Shown: positions 35,512 to 46,974 of the stretch, in pieces | Layout: every line of letters starts with the position of its first letter | Numbering within the stretch: the first letter of the stretch is position 1 | Assembly: GCA_003427395.1 (NCBI GenBank) | Contig: BFEA01000021.1 | Coordinates: 677,560 to 726,087, forward strand | Direction: 5' to 3' | Source: Chara braunii | Lineage: Eukaryota; Plantae; Charophyceae | Length of the DNA stretch: 48,528 nucleotides | Notes under the pieces: generated by a model | Told to the model about the DNA's origin: nothing | The model's database searches: none | Seen by the model: the letters and a program-made list of their open reading frames with translations, nothing else | Made by a program: the position numbers and the translations under genes

Positions 35512-37470
35512 TGTGACGCCCAACCTCACGCCCAGCGCGACTTCCAGTTTCGGAGTGTTAGTGGGCCTGGAAGTGCGAATAGGGGTGTGCCAAGGATTTT
35601 AGGAAAGTGGGGATGGAGTCCCAGGTCGTATCTTGAATCTCCGACGTCAAGTTTCAGGGGTAGGAGTGCAAGAGTCTCATTTTAGCTCAGAACCGGGGCG
35701 ATCGCCGATCTCGCGGCCTGGGCCGGGGATGTATTTGATGTATAAGCGGAATGATATGAGTATCTCTCTAAGAGCGCATGTACCGCCGTCGGCCAATGCA
35801 CGTCTCAGAGTTTGATGAGGACGGTTGTAGTCAGAAACTGTGTTCCCGAAGCTCTGCGTCGGAGCAGGTTCGTCGGATGAACCCTCCTTCGCGATACTCG
35901 TTTTATTGTTGGCACTCCGGGCACGGTGTGCTGGGCCAGTAACGAGCTATGGAGTCCCACGGGACCACCGTTAGGTGATGATGCGGGAGAAGGATATAAT
36001 AGGGAGCGAAACAGGTAGTAATTGCGGCGAAGCCTGAGGTTAGATAATACTGCCTATTGCGGGTGTCGGGATAGTCCAGAGTCCGAGAATCCTGGTTTAT
36101 GGCCCACTGGAAATTTCCCCCACACAGTCGATCGTTCTCAGTCTGACAGGGGTAGTCAGGATTCCATGAGTTTCGTCGTCGCCTAAGTTGTTCCCTCTCC
36201 CAGTACATCCGATACTCCGAGTTCCTTAGGCTCTCGCGGTCGGTGACCCAGAAGGGAGTTTCCACTGCCATATCCTACTCAATGGACGATAATTACGTTC
36301 ATTTTTTGACGAAGCGATATCGCAGCTGGGCTTACGCAGATGCGCGTGTATGTTGCAGACTCCTCTGCCGGACTTGCTGTCATACACGGACGCTTGCGCA
36401 GGCAGACTGCTCATATCCTATCTTGTCGCGCGGATAAGCCGGTGGTAGTCGCTTCTGTTCATGCGTCGATCTATCCCGTATGCATGCAATTATCCTTCTC
36501 ATGCAAACATCATCATTCCAAGTGAGATCCAATCATTACATACGTGTCCATACCATCATGCAACAAAGAAGTGATTGTCCAACATTAAAGACCAATACAT
36601 CAGATCATTCATGTTATCATGCATGAACTAAGAGCAAACAAAACTGGAAATCAGAAACAACTCGAGAAAGGAGATACGAGTTCGTTCATCAACATGCATA
36701 CATACATACAAAACAGAGAATCCGAGATGATTGACAAAGAAATCCGAAACCGCCGCAACAAAGTTGGCCAACGTTGGAGTCAAAATTTCACAGAATGTGG
36801 GAAGAAAGACATTGTTCCACCATATCCCCGTTCCTCTCTCTCTCTCTCTCTCTCTGTGCACCCTTCTGGTGTGGGCAGTCCGTCGCCCCACACCTCTAAA
36901 CCATACAGAGCCCTCACCCCGCTTGGCCTGAGCATGCCAGTCAGGCTCGCCCGCGTGCCGCAGTCCTTCACGCCCACGCGTCAACCCCGCATACCTAGCA
37001 CCAGCTCATCGGGTTGACCCGACTCTCTACTCACCGTTTTTCTGCTTGTTAGTCGATCCTCTCGACCACGATAACTCCCGAGTGGATTAGAGAGTCAATT
37101 AATCGCGCTTGCAGAATTTATAGCTTGTGCATCCGCGCGCAATAACCAGGATTGTCAGAGAGGAATAGGAGAAAGGAAGGAGGCAGTGCCTAACGACTGC
37201 ATGGCTGGGCCGCGGCGTAAGGGATGTAGCCTCACTCCACGCTTCGATCCAGTCATGCACCGATTTGGCCAATGAGATAGAGAAGGGAGAGCGCATGCAG
37301 CAATGCAGGAAAGAATATCAAGAAAGGAGAGATTACAGTTACATTTGCGTAGGCAAAGAAAGAGCAAGAAGAGATTACAGTCGAGATTGGAATTTAGGCG
37401 CGGGAACAGAGCGCAAGCCCAGGCGCAGCAAAGCGCGTGCAAGCAGGAAGCGATGTGCAGTTACAGGGAA
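35512..37470. mobile_element. Possible LTR-retrotransposon LTR remnant
   Basis: Abrupt start TGTGACGCCC resembles plant Ty3/gypsy LTR termini and the region is non-coding. The other end and a TSD were not identified. Confidence 0.3.
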
Positions 37471-37883
37471 AAATTACGAGGCACCCAATTTCCTAGTCTA
37501 ATTAAGGTCCTAATTGCAAAAAGGAATTCCGAGAGCCCACATGGGTTCATCCCAATTCAAAAATTGCGAAGGAATTCCTTGCGCAATTGTCGCGCCAAAC
37601 AGACAGACTTCTGTCGAAAAAGAAAGAAAAAAACTATGTTACCAGCTGTCCGATGGGAAGACGTCTCCCCCGGACGTCTCCGGGAGACGGTCAGGGAGTT
37701 GTCCAGAAAATCGGACAATTGCTTTTTTGCCAAAAAAAAACGAAAAAAAAAACAAAAACGAGGGGGGTCTGCGCACCACTAGGGGAACCCCCCCAAAAAA
37801 ATTCAGGCAGTTCTGAGCAAGAACGAAAAAAAATTTGAAAATTCAGATACGGTGGGGGAGGTGTGATGGTGTGTGGATAAAAC

Positions 37884-37889
37884 GTGTGT

Positions 37890-37928
<39 letters not shown>

Positions 37929-38000
37929 ATGCCGCAGTCACTGCAGTTGCTGCATCTGCCGCAGCGGATGGTTCACTGCATGTGCAGCAGTTGCTGACTG

Positions 38001-38085
<85 letters not shown>

Positions 38086-38305
38086 TATCCACACACAAAC
38101 ACAACGAGTGACACGCACGTGAGCACCCATACATACAGTCACACACACACACACACTATCGACTCGCACACACACACACACACTGTCTGCACACACACAC
38201 ACACACTGTACAGACACACAGATGCACTGTCTACACAAACAAACACACACCGACAGCCACGCCCACATACACACACATACTCACACTCACACTCACACTC
38301 ACACT
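37884..38305. repeat. (GT)n followed by (CA)n microsatellite tracts
   Basis: Direct observation. Confidence 0.9.
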
Positions 38306-38342
38306 GGGAAGGAAACAGTAGCAAGGCTAAGGCAAAAGTTCT

Positions 38343-38842
38343 GACTTGTCGTCGGTTCGTAAGTATCTGACCTGTTTTCGGGCTTTTGGACTCGGATTTG
38401 TTAGTTTTTGCGACCAGGTTAGTTGCTAGTTTTTTCCTTTCTTCTGTTTGTAGTCCTATTTTTGGAAGACTGTAGTCTCGTGAGCGTGACTTTTCTTGGG
38501 CAGCGGTGGTTGATGCTGGAACTATTCACTTTCAACTATTAATACGCAGTGTACTGTTTACTCGTCGCACTTGCGACGACCAAGACCCCCGATGAGGCTG
38601 GTTGGCGGGCCAGCCGAAACGTCGGGTCCACGCCGTTGTACGTCATTGATAAATTTCAATACTTACGTTGCGTCCGGGTTACATGCACCTACGTGTATTG
38701 TCTTTCCCGTCATTTTCCTGCTCCATTCATTTACTTCTTCCCCTTACTCTATCCCTCTCCCACTCCACTGTCTTGGTTCTGATGTATGATCGGTCGATGA
38801 GTGTTTACCTTGAAGTCAGCTTGTCGTTTCCTCGTCAACTGC
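38343..38842 (+). repeat. 5' pseudo-LTR of copy C
   Basis: Highly similar to 43573-44094. No TG..CA ends, PBS or PPT seen. Confidence 0.93.
38584..38628 (+). ncRNA. Minimal hammerhead ribozyme, C 5' pLTR (U4>C variant)
   Basis: GACCC-CCGATGA-GGCTGGT-TGGCGG-GCCAGCC-GAAAC-GTC-GGGTC. Confidence 0.8.
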
Positions 38843-38953
38843 TTCATTTCACGGAGTAACCACCGTAGGGATAGCACTACATGTCTGTGTGGCTTCGACA
38901 TTTCTATGGTAACGCTTTGTCACCTTTGTCGTCGGAATCTGGTTTCTAACACC

Positions 38954-40296
38954 ATGGCTTCCAACGTCCCTAGTTCTTCTATCGTCCGAACTTGCTACAA
39001 CTGTGGGGATCCAGGGCATTTCGTGAGATGGTGCCCGCACCCCAAGCCTGCTAATCCCAATTTTGCTCTTGTCCCCACACATCCCCCCTTGCTTACCCTC
39101 CCATCTTCTTCTGCATCTAACTCTAATGCTATCGTTAATACCAACGTTACGGGGAAATTTGCTAGAGGTTTTGGATGGAGCCAGGCGAAGCAACGACTTG
39201 ACTATTTGGAGCATGTCATCGTTGAGATGAAGACGAGACATGATGCAGAGGTTGAAAAGGAGAAGAACCTTAAGGCCGATGAGGAGAAAGCTCAGAAGGA
39301 GAAAGCGGAGGATGAAAGACGTGAAGCGGAGAAGAAGGATCGGGAGGAATTCCGCAAACAACTCACTGACTCGATGAATGCCAGGCTGGATGGAGTTGTT
39401 GACAAAGGAAGCAGCAACGAGGTTGAGACCTTGCGTAAGGAAGTGGAGAAGTTAGGCGGAAGGGTGCTACTTGTTGGCGCTTCGTCCAGCTCTGTCCAGG
39501 GTGCTATGCAAGGCAACGATGGTCTGCTCGCCAAGTTGCTTGCTGAACAGGAACGAATGAAGAATCAACTTGACGAGGCACTTTTGGCAAAGCGGCGTGT
39601 GGAGTCGATCGAGAACGACATGAGTGCGGTCATTCGAGCTCGGGATGAAGCCCGAGCAGATGCTGAGAAGTGGCAGGAGGAGGCGCTGCGGCCTGGCAAG
39701 CGTGGTTGTATCACGCTTAGTACTCCAGCTACGAGGACTGCTTCGAAGCCCTCTACATCGACACCGCTCAAGTCCCCAGCTATGTCGGTTGACCTAAAGA
39801 AGATCTCGGATTTGCACCGACTGAAAGTAGAGACGATTCAGGAAATGCACATTGAATTTCGTGAGTTTAATGCATGGCGAGAGGCTGAGCAGGATTTGGA
39901 GAAGGCGAAAGAGAAGATTGTGAAAATGGAACGTGAGATGTTACTAAAGTCGCCACGATCGAACCTGCACTCCAAGATGGACGGGCTTGTACCGGGAAAG
40001 GCAAAGAGAAGATGGTTGCTGATAGGAGTGGGTCGGACGATAAGGACAAGGATGCTTTTGCTAAAGACGAAAGGAAGGCACTGCGAGGATTAACAAAGGA
40101 TGCATTGATCGCTATCTGTGACAAGGAAGGAATTAGGTATGTGGGGGTGAAGCAGACTGTCGATGACATTGTCGCAGATCGTGTCAAGAAGCCATTCCCT
40201 CCAGCTACAGTAGAGGTGTCCGAAGATTTGGCGGAGGGTGCCCTTGAGAAGTCATCCGAGGGAGACTCTGCTTCTTACTGTCTCTCCCGGACGTGA
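38954..40296 (+). pseudogene. Copy C ORF1: CCHC zinc knuckle, long coiled coils, SAP-like motif (one frameshift near 40000)
   Basis: accATGg start. CYNCGDPGHFVRWC knuckle, E/K-rich helices, WQEEALRPGKR and LRGLTKDALIAICDKEGIRYVGVKQTVDDIV. Confidence 0.85.
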
Positions 40297-43200
40297 CGAC
40301 GCTCTGGAGCTTATTTCGCCGTCTTTATTACTTCAGGACCTCCTCACCTTCCCATTTGCGTTGCAGAGAGGTTAATTATTTTCTTCAGCTCATTGTTGTT
40401 GGTCTTATTCTGGGTGGTTGTATTCCTTGGGCTTCAAAATTTGAAGGGCACCTACTGAATTTTTGGCAGACGCGTGGAGATGATTTTGTCAGCGGTCTGT
40501 TGGTTTATTTACTTGTATCACCAATCTACAGGCATGTTTATATTGGTAGCACGAGTCGTGATCTGCCCTCTCGTTGGAGTGAGCACGTATACCGTGCTAA
40601 GAATGAGTCACTTATTAACAATGGTCGCCGCAAGGAGAGATTGTATGGTTGGATGAAATGCGTAGGTATTGAGGGTTATGTGGCTGTTCCTTTGTCATCT
40701 TGTTCGAAGGAGAATCTGCTGATTGTTGAGCGATTTTATATTAAACAGTTTTGTCCTGCACTTAACACTAGGTAGCGACCAAGGCGTCGACGTCGAGGTA
40801 GACCGGGTAAGAGAGAACGACGTCAAAGGAGGAACCGCAGGCTGTCGAGCTCTCCGGCGCTCGTACCTTCTGTTGATGGTGGTGCCTTTAAATCCGGTTT
40901 GTTGTTGTTTCATTCATCCACTGAAATTGTGTCGCAGAGCTTGCTGCGTATCTTGGATTACTGTCGAGACCGCCATATTCATGAGCTTTCTGTTGTTTGT
41001 AGGGGAGGTTCGTTGTGTATCGATTCATGGAAGCTTCTTAGGCGTTGTTACGGTTTTTCGGTGATTTCATGCAGGTTTGGTACGGATCAGTTGCGTTCGT
41101 CAAAGGGATGGTTTGTCGATGGTGCTTTCATCTCTTTTCGTTCTGTTCGCCCTTTCTGTAATCAATCTCTTTGTCTTAAAGCCCCTCTGTCTTCCTTCCT
41201 TAGCAACCCTTCGTCTAAACGAACACTTGTCACCTGGGATCTTGACTTGCTTATCTCTGCTTTCTCTGCAGTTAGATGCTTTTCGGATAAGCGTACTTGC
41301 TTTCGACTTCGGTTGATTCTTTCCAAATATATCTCCTCCAGGTTCAATCTTTCTATTCGTAAGCGGCTTGTCGTTCGAATTACCTATGATGTGGTGTTCT
41401 GCAAAAGCGAGATTCGTAGTGTATGTGCTAAGATTATTTGGAAGTTAAGTATTAATAAGCAATGGCAGTCTATGTTGGTGCGAAGGATGCGTGTGGTATG
41501 GCGGAAGAATCGTACGATCGGGGATCGTATCCATAACTTTCGTAGTTTTTCTAAACAGACCTCTTATGAATGCACTTGTTCTTCCGTTGACCCAACTTTG
41601 GCCCGTGTGGGTGGGCACGTGGTTTTCCGACTCAGTGAGGATAATTCCTTCCCACCATGGATGAGCAATTCTAAAAATATCTTACGACCTGCTGCGGGAG
41701 ATCCTATTGGTGCATTGCGAAGGCAGATTAGGTCCGCATTCCTGTCCTTTTTTGAGCTGGATTCCGGGCCGGCATTGTTTGAGTTATCTCATTCGGAACT
41801 CGGCAGTTGTTTGACCAAGGCTTCCGTTGACTCCTTCATTTCAGAGTCTATGCTAGTGAGCAGGCGTGTCGTTTTCAGGGTCTGGTTTATTGTCCGATTA
41901 ATCACAATCCTGGCGATCCATTGGTTTGTTGCCCTGTTGTGTTTGGGGCAGGTATGAGTAAGCTCTTCACTTGTAACTCCTCTTCCTGCGTGAGCCCATT
42001 GATGTTGATGACCTTTTTGGACGTTGTGGTTCGTTGCATAAGAGTTTGGGTTTTGGTAAGATTGGGAAATGGGATGCGCACGGCAACTTTGGTAGTGCGT
42101 ATTGTTTGCCTAAGCATAAGGATATTAGTCGATGGCGGCCCATTTGCCCTTCACATTCGGAAGGTGTTGCTCTATGCGGAAAGCGTATTGCTTATGTTGT
42201 CAATGAGCTTCTTTGGCGGTTACCTAGATCTATGCATTTCAATCTTCGTAGTACCTCTGACTTTGTCGAAGGGATTAGCTTTGTAAATGAGACGATAAAG
42301 AAGAATGATCTCCTGTTGGGGGCTTTCTTTGATGTAAAAGAGATGTTCTCGAATCTGCCCCATAACTCGATTCGGAGGGCCCTGCAATGGGTCATCAACT
42401 ATTGGCTTGGGGATGGTTTCACTGGTGTACTGGTACGTAAGCATGGTAAGACTGCACGCTTGACGAGAGGACGGTCTGAAGACAGTTGAATTCTTATTAA
42501 ATTCTCCACTTTGTTCAACTTCGTCTCTCATGAGCTTGATCACACATTTGTACGTGCTTCTGGTATGTTGCTGAGACAGGTGCTGGGCATTCCGATGGGC
42601 AAATCGATCAGCCCTGCCCTTGCTTGTCTACTTTGTGCATTCAACAAATATAGTTTTCTGTCGTCCTTGAGCTCTGATCGCAGGTTGATTGCTGGCTTTA
42701 GGATTGTGGATGATGTCTCAATCTTTGTACGTTCTTCCAAACTCTCCTCTCCATCTCTTCTCAAGGCACAGTCTATTGTTGATCGCTTTCGCAGATGCTA
42801 TGACCCAAACTTGACGTTGGAGCAGACGAATGACAGCAGCAGCTGGGACTTCATTGGCTGTACCGTCAGAGTATTTGATAATCCCTGCAGAATTGGGTGT
42901 GTGGCGTTGCATAAGAACCAACGCGTAATTTCTGAGCGGGGTTTGATTTTTCACAGTCTACAAGGTTTCTCTTCTTTCTCGAGTCGTCAATAGAAGATGG
43001 TCGTGATCACTTCCTTTCTGTACCGGGCCCGTGTCTACACCAATGTTCCTGGTCTGGAGTTTGCTTTCTTGCTAACCTTGAAGCATGAGTTGTGGTTGAG
43101 AGGATATCCTGACATCTACTTGGATGTCTCTCTCGAGAAATTTTCTCGGAAATTCTCAGATTGTTGGGATCATTGGTTGGGGATTTTGACTAAGTGGGAT

Positions 43201-43302
43201 CGTCTTTTCTCCTTGAAGAAGGTTGTTTCAGGTGCTGATTTTCATAAGCCCGCATTAGGGTCGTGTGACTGGACTTATCTCTTTTTTTTGGTTTGGTTCT
43301 GA
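40293..43302 (+). pseudogene. Copy C ORF2: GIY-YIG + Penelope-type RT
   Basis: LVYLLVSPIYRHVYIGST...RWSEH...E..YI....PALN, CTC...GGHV, AYCLPKHKDISRWRPI, FFDVKEMF, QVLGIPMGKSISP, RIVDD, DFIG, SFLYRA. Stops at 40775, 42489 and 42993, frameshifts at ~41850-42030. Confidence 0.92.
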
Positions 43303-43572
43303 TCGCCGGTCTTTGCTTTTGCTTTGTTCTGTTTGTTTTTTCCTATCGATTTGTGTGTTTCGTTGGCTTTGGGTTGAGTAATGGGTTTTGGTAGCTTTAT
43401 GTAGGGGGACCCACGGAACGTGTTTGGGCCTACTCGGTCGGTGCTGGGTCGCTGGAGAAAGTTGGAAGTTTCGTATGCAGTGGTTCGAGTTCAATCTGTT
43501 GTTTGGCCTTTGGTTTGTTTGAACTTAGGTTTTGCCGATGGATGCCGTCTCCTTTTGACAATTTTCTCAGTC

Positions 43573-44094
43573 GACTTGTCGTCGGTTTGTAAGTATCTGA
43601 CCTGTTTTCAGGCTTTTGGCCTCGGATTTGTTAGTTTTTGCGACCAGGTTAGTTGCTAGTTTTTTTTAGGTTAGTTGCTAGTTTTTTCCTTTCTTCTGTT
43701 TGTAGTCCTATTTTTGGAAGACTGTAGTCTCGTGGACGTGACTTTTCTTGGGCAGCGGTGGTTGACGCTGGAACTATTCACTTTCAACTATTAATACGCA
43801 GTGTACTTTTTACTCGTCGCACTTGCGACGACCAAGACCCCTGATGAGGCTGGTTGGCGGGCCAGCCGAAACGTCGGGTCCACGCCGCTGTACGTCATTG
43901 ATAAATTTCAATACTTACGTCGCGTCCGGGTTACATGCACCTGCGTGTATTGTCTTTCTCGTCATTTTCCTACTCCATTCATTTACTTCTTCCCCTTACT
44001 CTATCCCTCTCCCACTCCACTGTCTTGGTTCTGATGTATGATTGGTCGATGAGTGTTTACCTTCAAGTCAGCTTGTCGTTTCCTCGTCAACTGC
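43573..44094 (+). repeat. 3' pseudo-LTR of copy C
   Basis: Direct repeat of 38343-38842 with a ~21-bp internal duplication (AGGTTAGTTGCTAGTTTTT). Confidence 0.93.
43836..43880 (+). ncRNA. Minimal type-I hammerhead ribozyme with canonical core
   Basis: GACCC-CTGATGA-GGCTGGT-TGGCGG-GCCAGCC-GAAAC-GTC-GGGTC. 5-bp stem I, 7-bp stem II, palindromic ACGT stem III, GUC cleavage triplet. Confidence 0.9.
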
Positions 44095-45890
44095 AAGGCA
44101 AAAGTTGTTCATTTTATTTTTTTGTATAACATAGTTCTATTTTTTTTTTTTTAAATGAATTTTATAAAGAACCTCGTTTTTTTTTGTTTTTTTGTTTTTT
44201 TTTATAAAGAATTTCGATGTAATCCTAAGGCAAAAGTTGTTCAGTTTATGTTTCTGCATAGCATAGATTTGTTTCGGAATTTTTTGAGTTGTTTTTTTTT
44301 TTTGGCCATTCGGCCTTCAGACAGACTATCCGGGGAGGACGTCTTTAATTGGCCGCATGGTGGCAGATCCAGGCTATTTGCAGAAGCTGGCTTTCGAGCA
44401 AGGGATGACCATCGTGCTGAACCTGCTGTGGGAAATCCAACACCGTGGGGCCAAGATCAAAGAGGAATGGGACTTAACGGCGATGAACATAATCCGATCA
44501 GACAACCCTGGACGGTCAGTGGGGTCCCGAACGTCCGATCTGGTAACCTAGGAAAAGAAAGAAAAAGGACATATCGGACATTGTTCTCTGGCGCTCACTA
44601 AGGCGCGAACCAACTTCCCCGAAGTTCCTAACCACTGCCTACCTTCTGTCGAGGGACCAAGGAGAAAACCAAGAACAAGGGACTGCCATTCAATTTATCC
44701 CCGACCCCCCCCCCCCTCCACGTACCCCCAATCCCGGTTGCGCAGAAGATGGCGCTTATCTGAAAAGAGCTCGTCACAGGCCTCCCAACGAGCAGAGCAA
44801 ATAGACTTTTAGGGGGGTTAGGGTTTTAGGGTTTGGGGGCTTTGCCGAGCCGCATACGAGTGAAGCATATGTTTGATAAAAAGAGGTCATTTGATCTTTG
44901 CTTCGCTGGCTTCTCCCATAACACTATATGTTTGATAAAAACAGGTCGTTTGATCTTTGCTTCAAAAAAAAATAGAAAAAAAAAAAAAAAGGGCACGACA
45001 GTGCAGCCTTTTGAGGCCCAGAACATGACCTTTTGACTAGACCATAGTGACCGCAAGGGTCAGATTACTGGGGCCCGGTGCAAACGGCACTGGCAACGGA
45101 CGTTGGGTTAGTGAGGAAAATAGGGACTGTTTGGGACCCGCCCGACGCGGCTGTATAGCCGGGTCAGGAAAAGCACGGTCCAAAATGGCGAAGATAAGAA
45201 TGACTGCGGTAACATCTTCTATAACAATATCATCACTTCTACGAGAGTCTTGCACTCTTCAGGAAGGTAAGTGTCAGGCTGAGTCTGACGTGGTTTCTGT
45301 TCTCTCTCCCGACATATCCCCTTTGTCTTCTCTCTTTTCCACAACCGCCGTGCATTGCGAGCCAAGTTTCATTTGTGTGGCCGCACACTTATCTTTCCTT
45401 CTCTCTGCCCGAGGGGTTGGGGAGGGAGAAGGGTGGGAGGAGGGGTCCGTCCGGCTGGGCATGAGGAAACGCAGGGTTTGGTGGATCAAGCATGGGCAAT
45501 GGAAGCGAGGAGTGGGATAGAGGCAAGGATTTAGGGAGAGCGGATCTACCCCCTTCATATGACAACCTTGTTTTATCTCTGTCATTGTGAAGGTCGAGCT
45601 GATCGTAGAGGAGTGGGCCCGACTGTTGATGCTGATGTTATGCCCGCACCCCTGAAATCATTTTGCTGTATGATCTGCACATCCCTCTATTGGGGAAGAT
45701 GATAATTTTTTTTTGTGGAATTACGATGATTGACGGTTTGCCCGCAGGTCGAGGCTCTGTTATTTCCACAATGATATCTCCCTTTTATCTCGTGTTCATA
45801 TCCGCCATTCATTGATTCAATCCAAGAGTCGAGGGTTTCCCCCTCTACATCACTCTTGTGTTACTTTTGGCAGTGGTAGTAGGAAGACAC

Positions 45891-46974
45891 CAGAGTTCGC
45901 AACTGGGATTTTTCGGGATACCTGTACCTGACCTAACCACACCCTCTTTGAAAACCAACCACCCATAGCCACTGTACACTTGGCCTGCCGGACCTTCAAG
46001 TTTACCCATCTCCACCTGCTAAAAAAAAAAAAAAAGTATACCGAGACCTACCCTACCTGAACCTCTTCAGCATGTAACTGGTCATACCTACCCATGAACA
46101 ATTTTTTTCAACACCACCCATGGCCACCTGAACCCAAACCGTTTGTTAACCACCCATACCCTACGCTACCCAAGTTTTGTTTATCTGTACCCACCCGTAC
46201 CTACCCATTATTGTATGCACCCACCCGTAACCACCCGTGCTCGTCACCCACCCTCCCCTAACCGCCCATAACCACCCTAACTGTCCCTAACTGTCCCTAA
46301 CCGTCCCTAACCGTCCCTAACCGCTCCTAACTGTCCCTAACTGTCCCTAACCGCACCTAGCTGTCCCTAACTGTCCCTAACTGTCTCTAACCGCCCCTAA
46401 CTTTTTCACTATTTTTTTTTTTCTTAACCGCCCCTAACTGCCCCCTACTTGTCCTTAACCGCCCCAAACTGTCGCCAACTGCCCCCAACCACCCCCAACC
46501 TGTATAGCATCTGCAAATGCAACAACCCTTGGTTCTGCTGGGGAAAAAACAAATTGTGCCGACCACAGGTTTGCTGGCGGGAGGGGGGCTTAACGAGGAG
46601 TGTATGTGTGTGTGTGGGGGGGGGGGGGGGGGTAGGAACGGGTGGGTATACCATGGTTACCCGATGGGAACCTCCACCCGCCCGTACCCACCCTTTTTTA
46701 TTTTGGCCACCCATACTTGCCCATAACCATGTAGTTCTTTTTCTGGCTGCCCATACCCTTTTTTTTTTTTTTTTATCCCTACCCCTACCTGCCCCTACCC
46801 ACCAATGATCTCCAAAAAGGGCAACTGTGCCTGCCCTAACAACCACCACCTTTTGTTTGTGCCTCCCCATACCCAACTCCCCCTTCGGAGGGGGTACCCA
46901 TACCCGCCTGTAACCTGGCAGTTACAGTTGGGTACGGCCGGGTTCGAGCAATGGTTACCCGTTTGCGCTCTCTG
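45891..46974. mobile_element. Non-autonomous hAT-like element (1084 bp)
   Basis: Exact 8-bp TSD GAAGACAC at 45883-45890 and 46975-46982. Imperfect TIR CAGAGTTCGCAACTGGG vs reverse complement CAGAGAGCGCAAACGGG. Many ACCCA/ACCCG subterminal motifs. Confidence 0.8.
46255..46500. repeat. 10-bp CCCTAAC(T/C)GT tandem repeat
   Basis: More than a dozen units containing CCCTAA, inside the hAT-like element. Confidence 0.85.

Larger units (their letters stand above)
38341..44094 (+). mobile_element. Penelope-like retroelement copy C, structurally complete (pLTR-ORF1-ORF2-pLTR)
   Basis: 12-bp TSD AAGGCAAAAGTT at 38329-38340 and 44095-44106. ~500-bp direct repeats at 38343-38842 and 43573-44094, each with a hammerhead motif. 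Confidence 0.93.

Noticed and set aside
42487-42489. In-frame TGA codons as selenocysteine recoding, as reported for some Naiad PLEs
   Set aside because: This TGA and the one in B (26713-26715) align with Trp in sister copies (EGWD; IQWA/IPWA), so TGG>TGA decay. TAG stops and frameshifts are also present.
38341-44094. LTR retrotransposon or DIRS element (gag knuckle + RT + terminal repeats)
   Set aside because: No protease, RNase H, integrase or tyrosine recombinase, and no TG..CA ends, PBS or PPT. GIY-YIG, PLE-type RT motifs and hammerheads point to a Penelope-like element.
46255-46500. True telomere or chromosome-fusion scar
   Set aside because: The unit is 10 bp rather than a pure 6-7 bp telomeric repeat, and it is internal to a TSD-flanked element.
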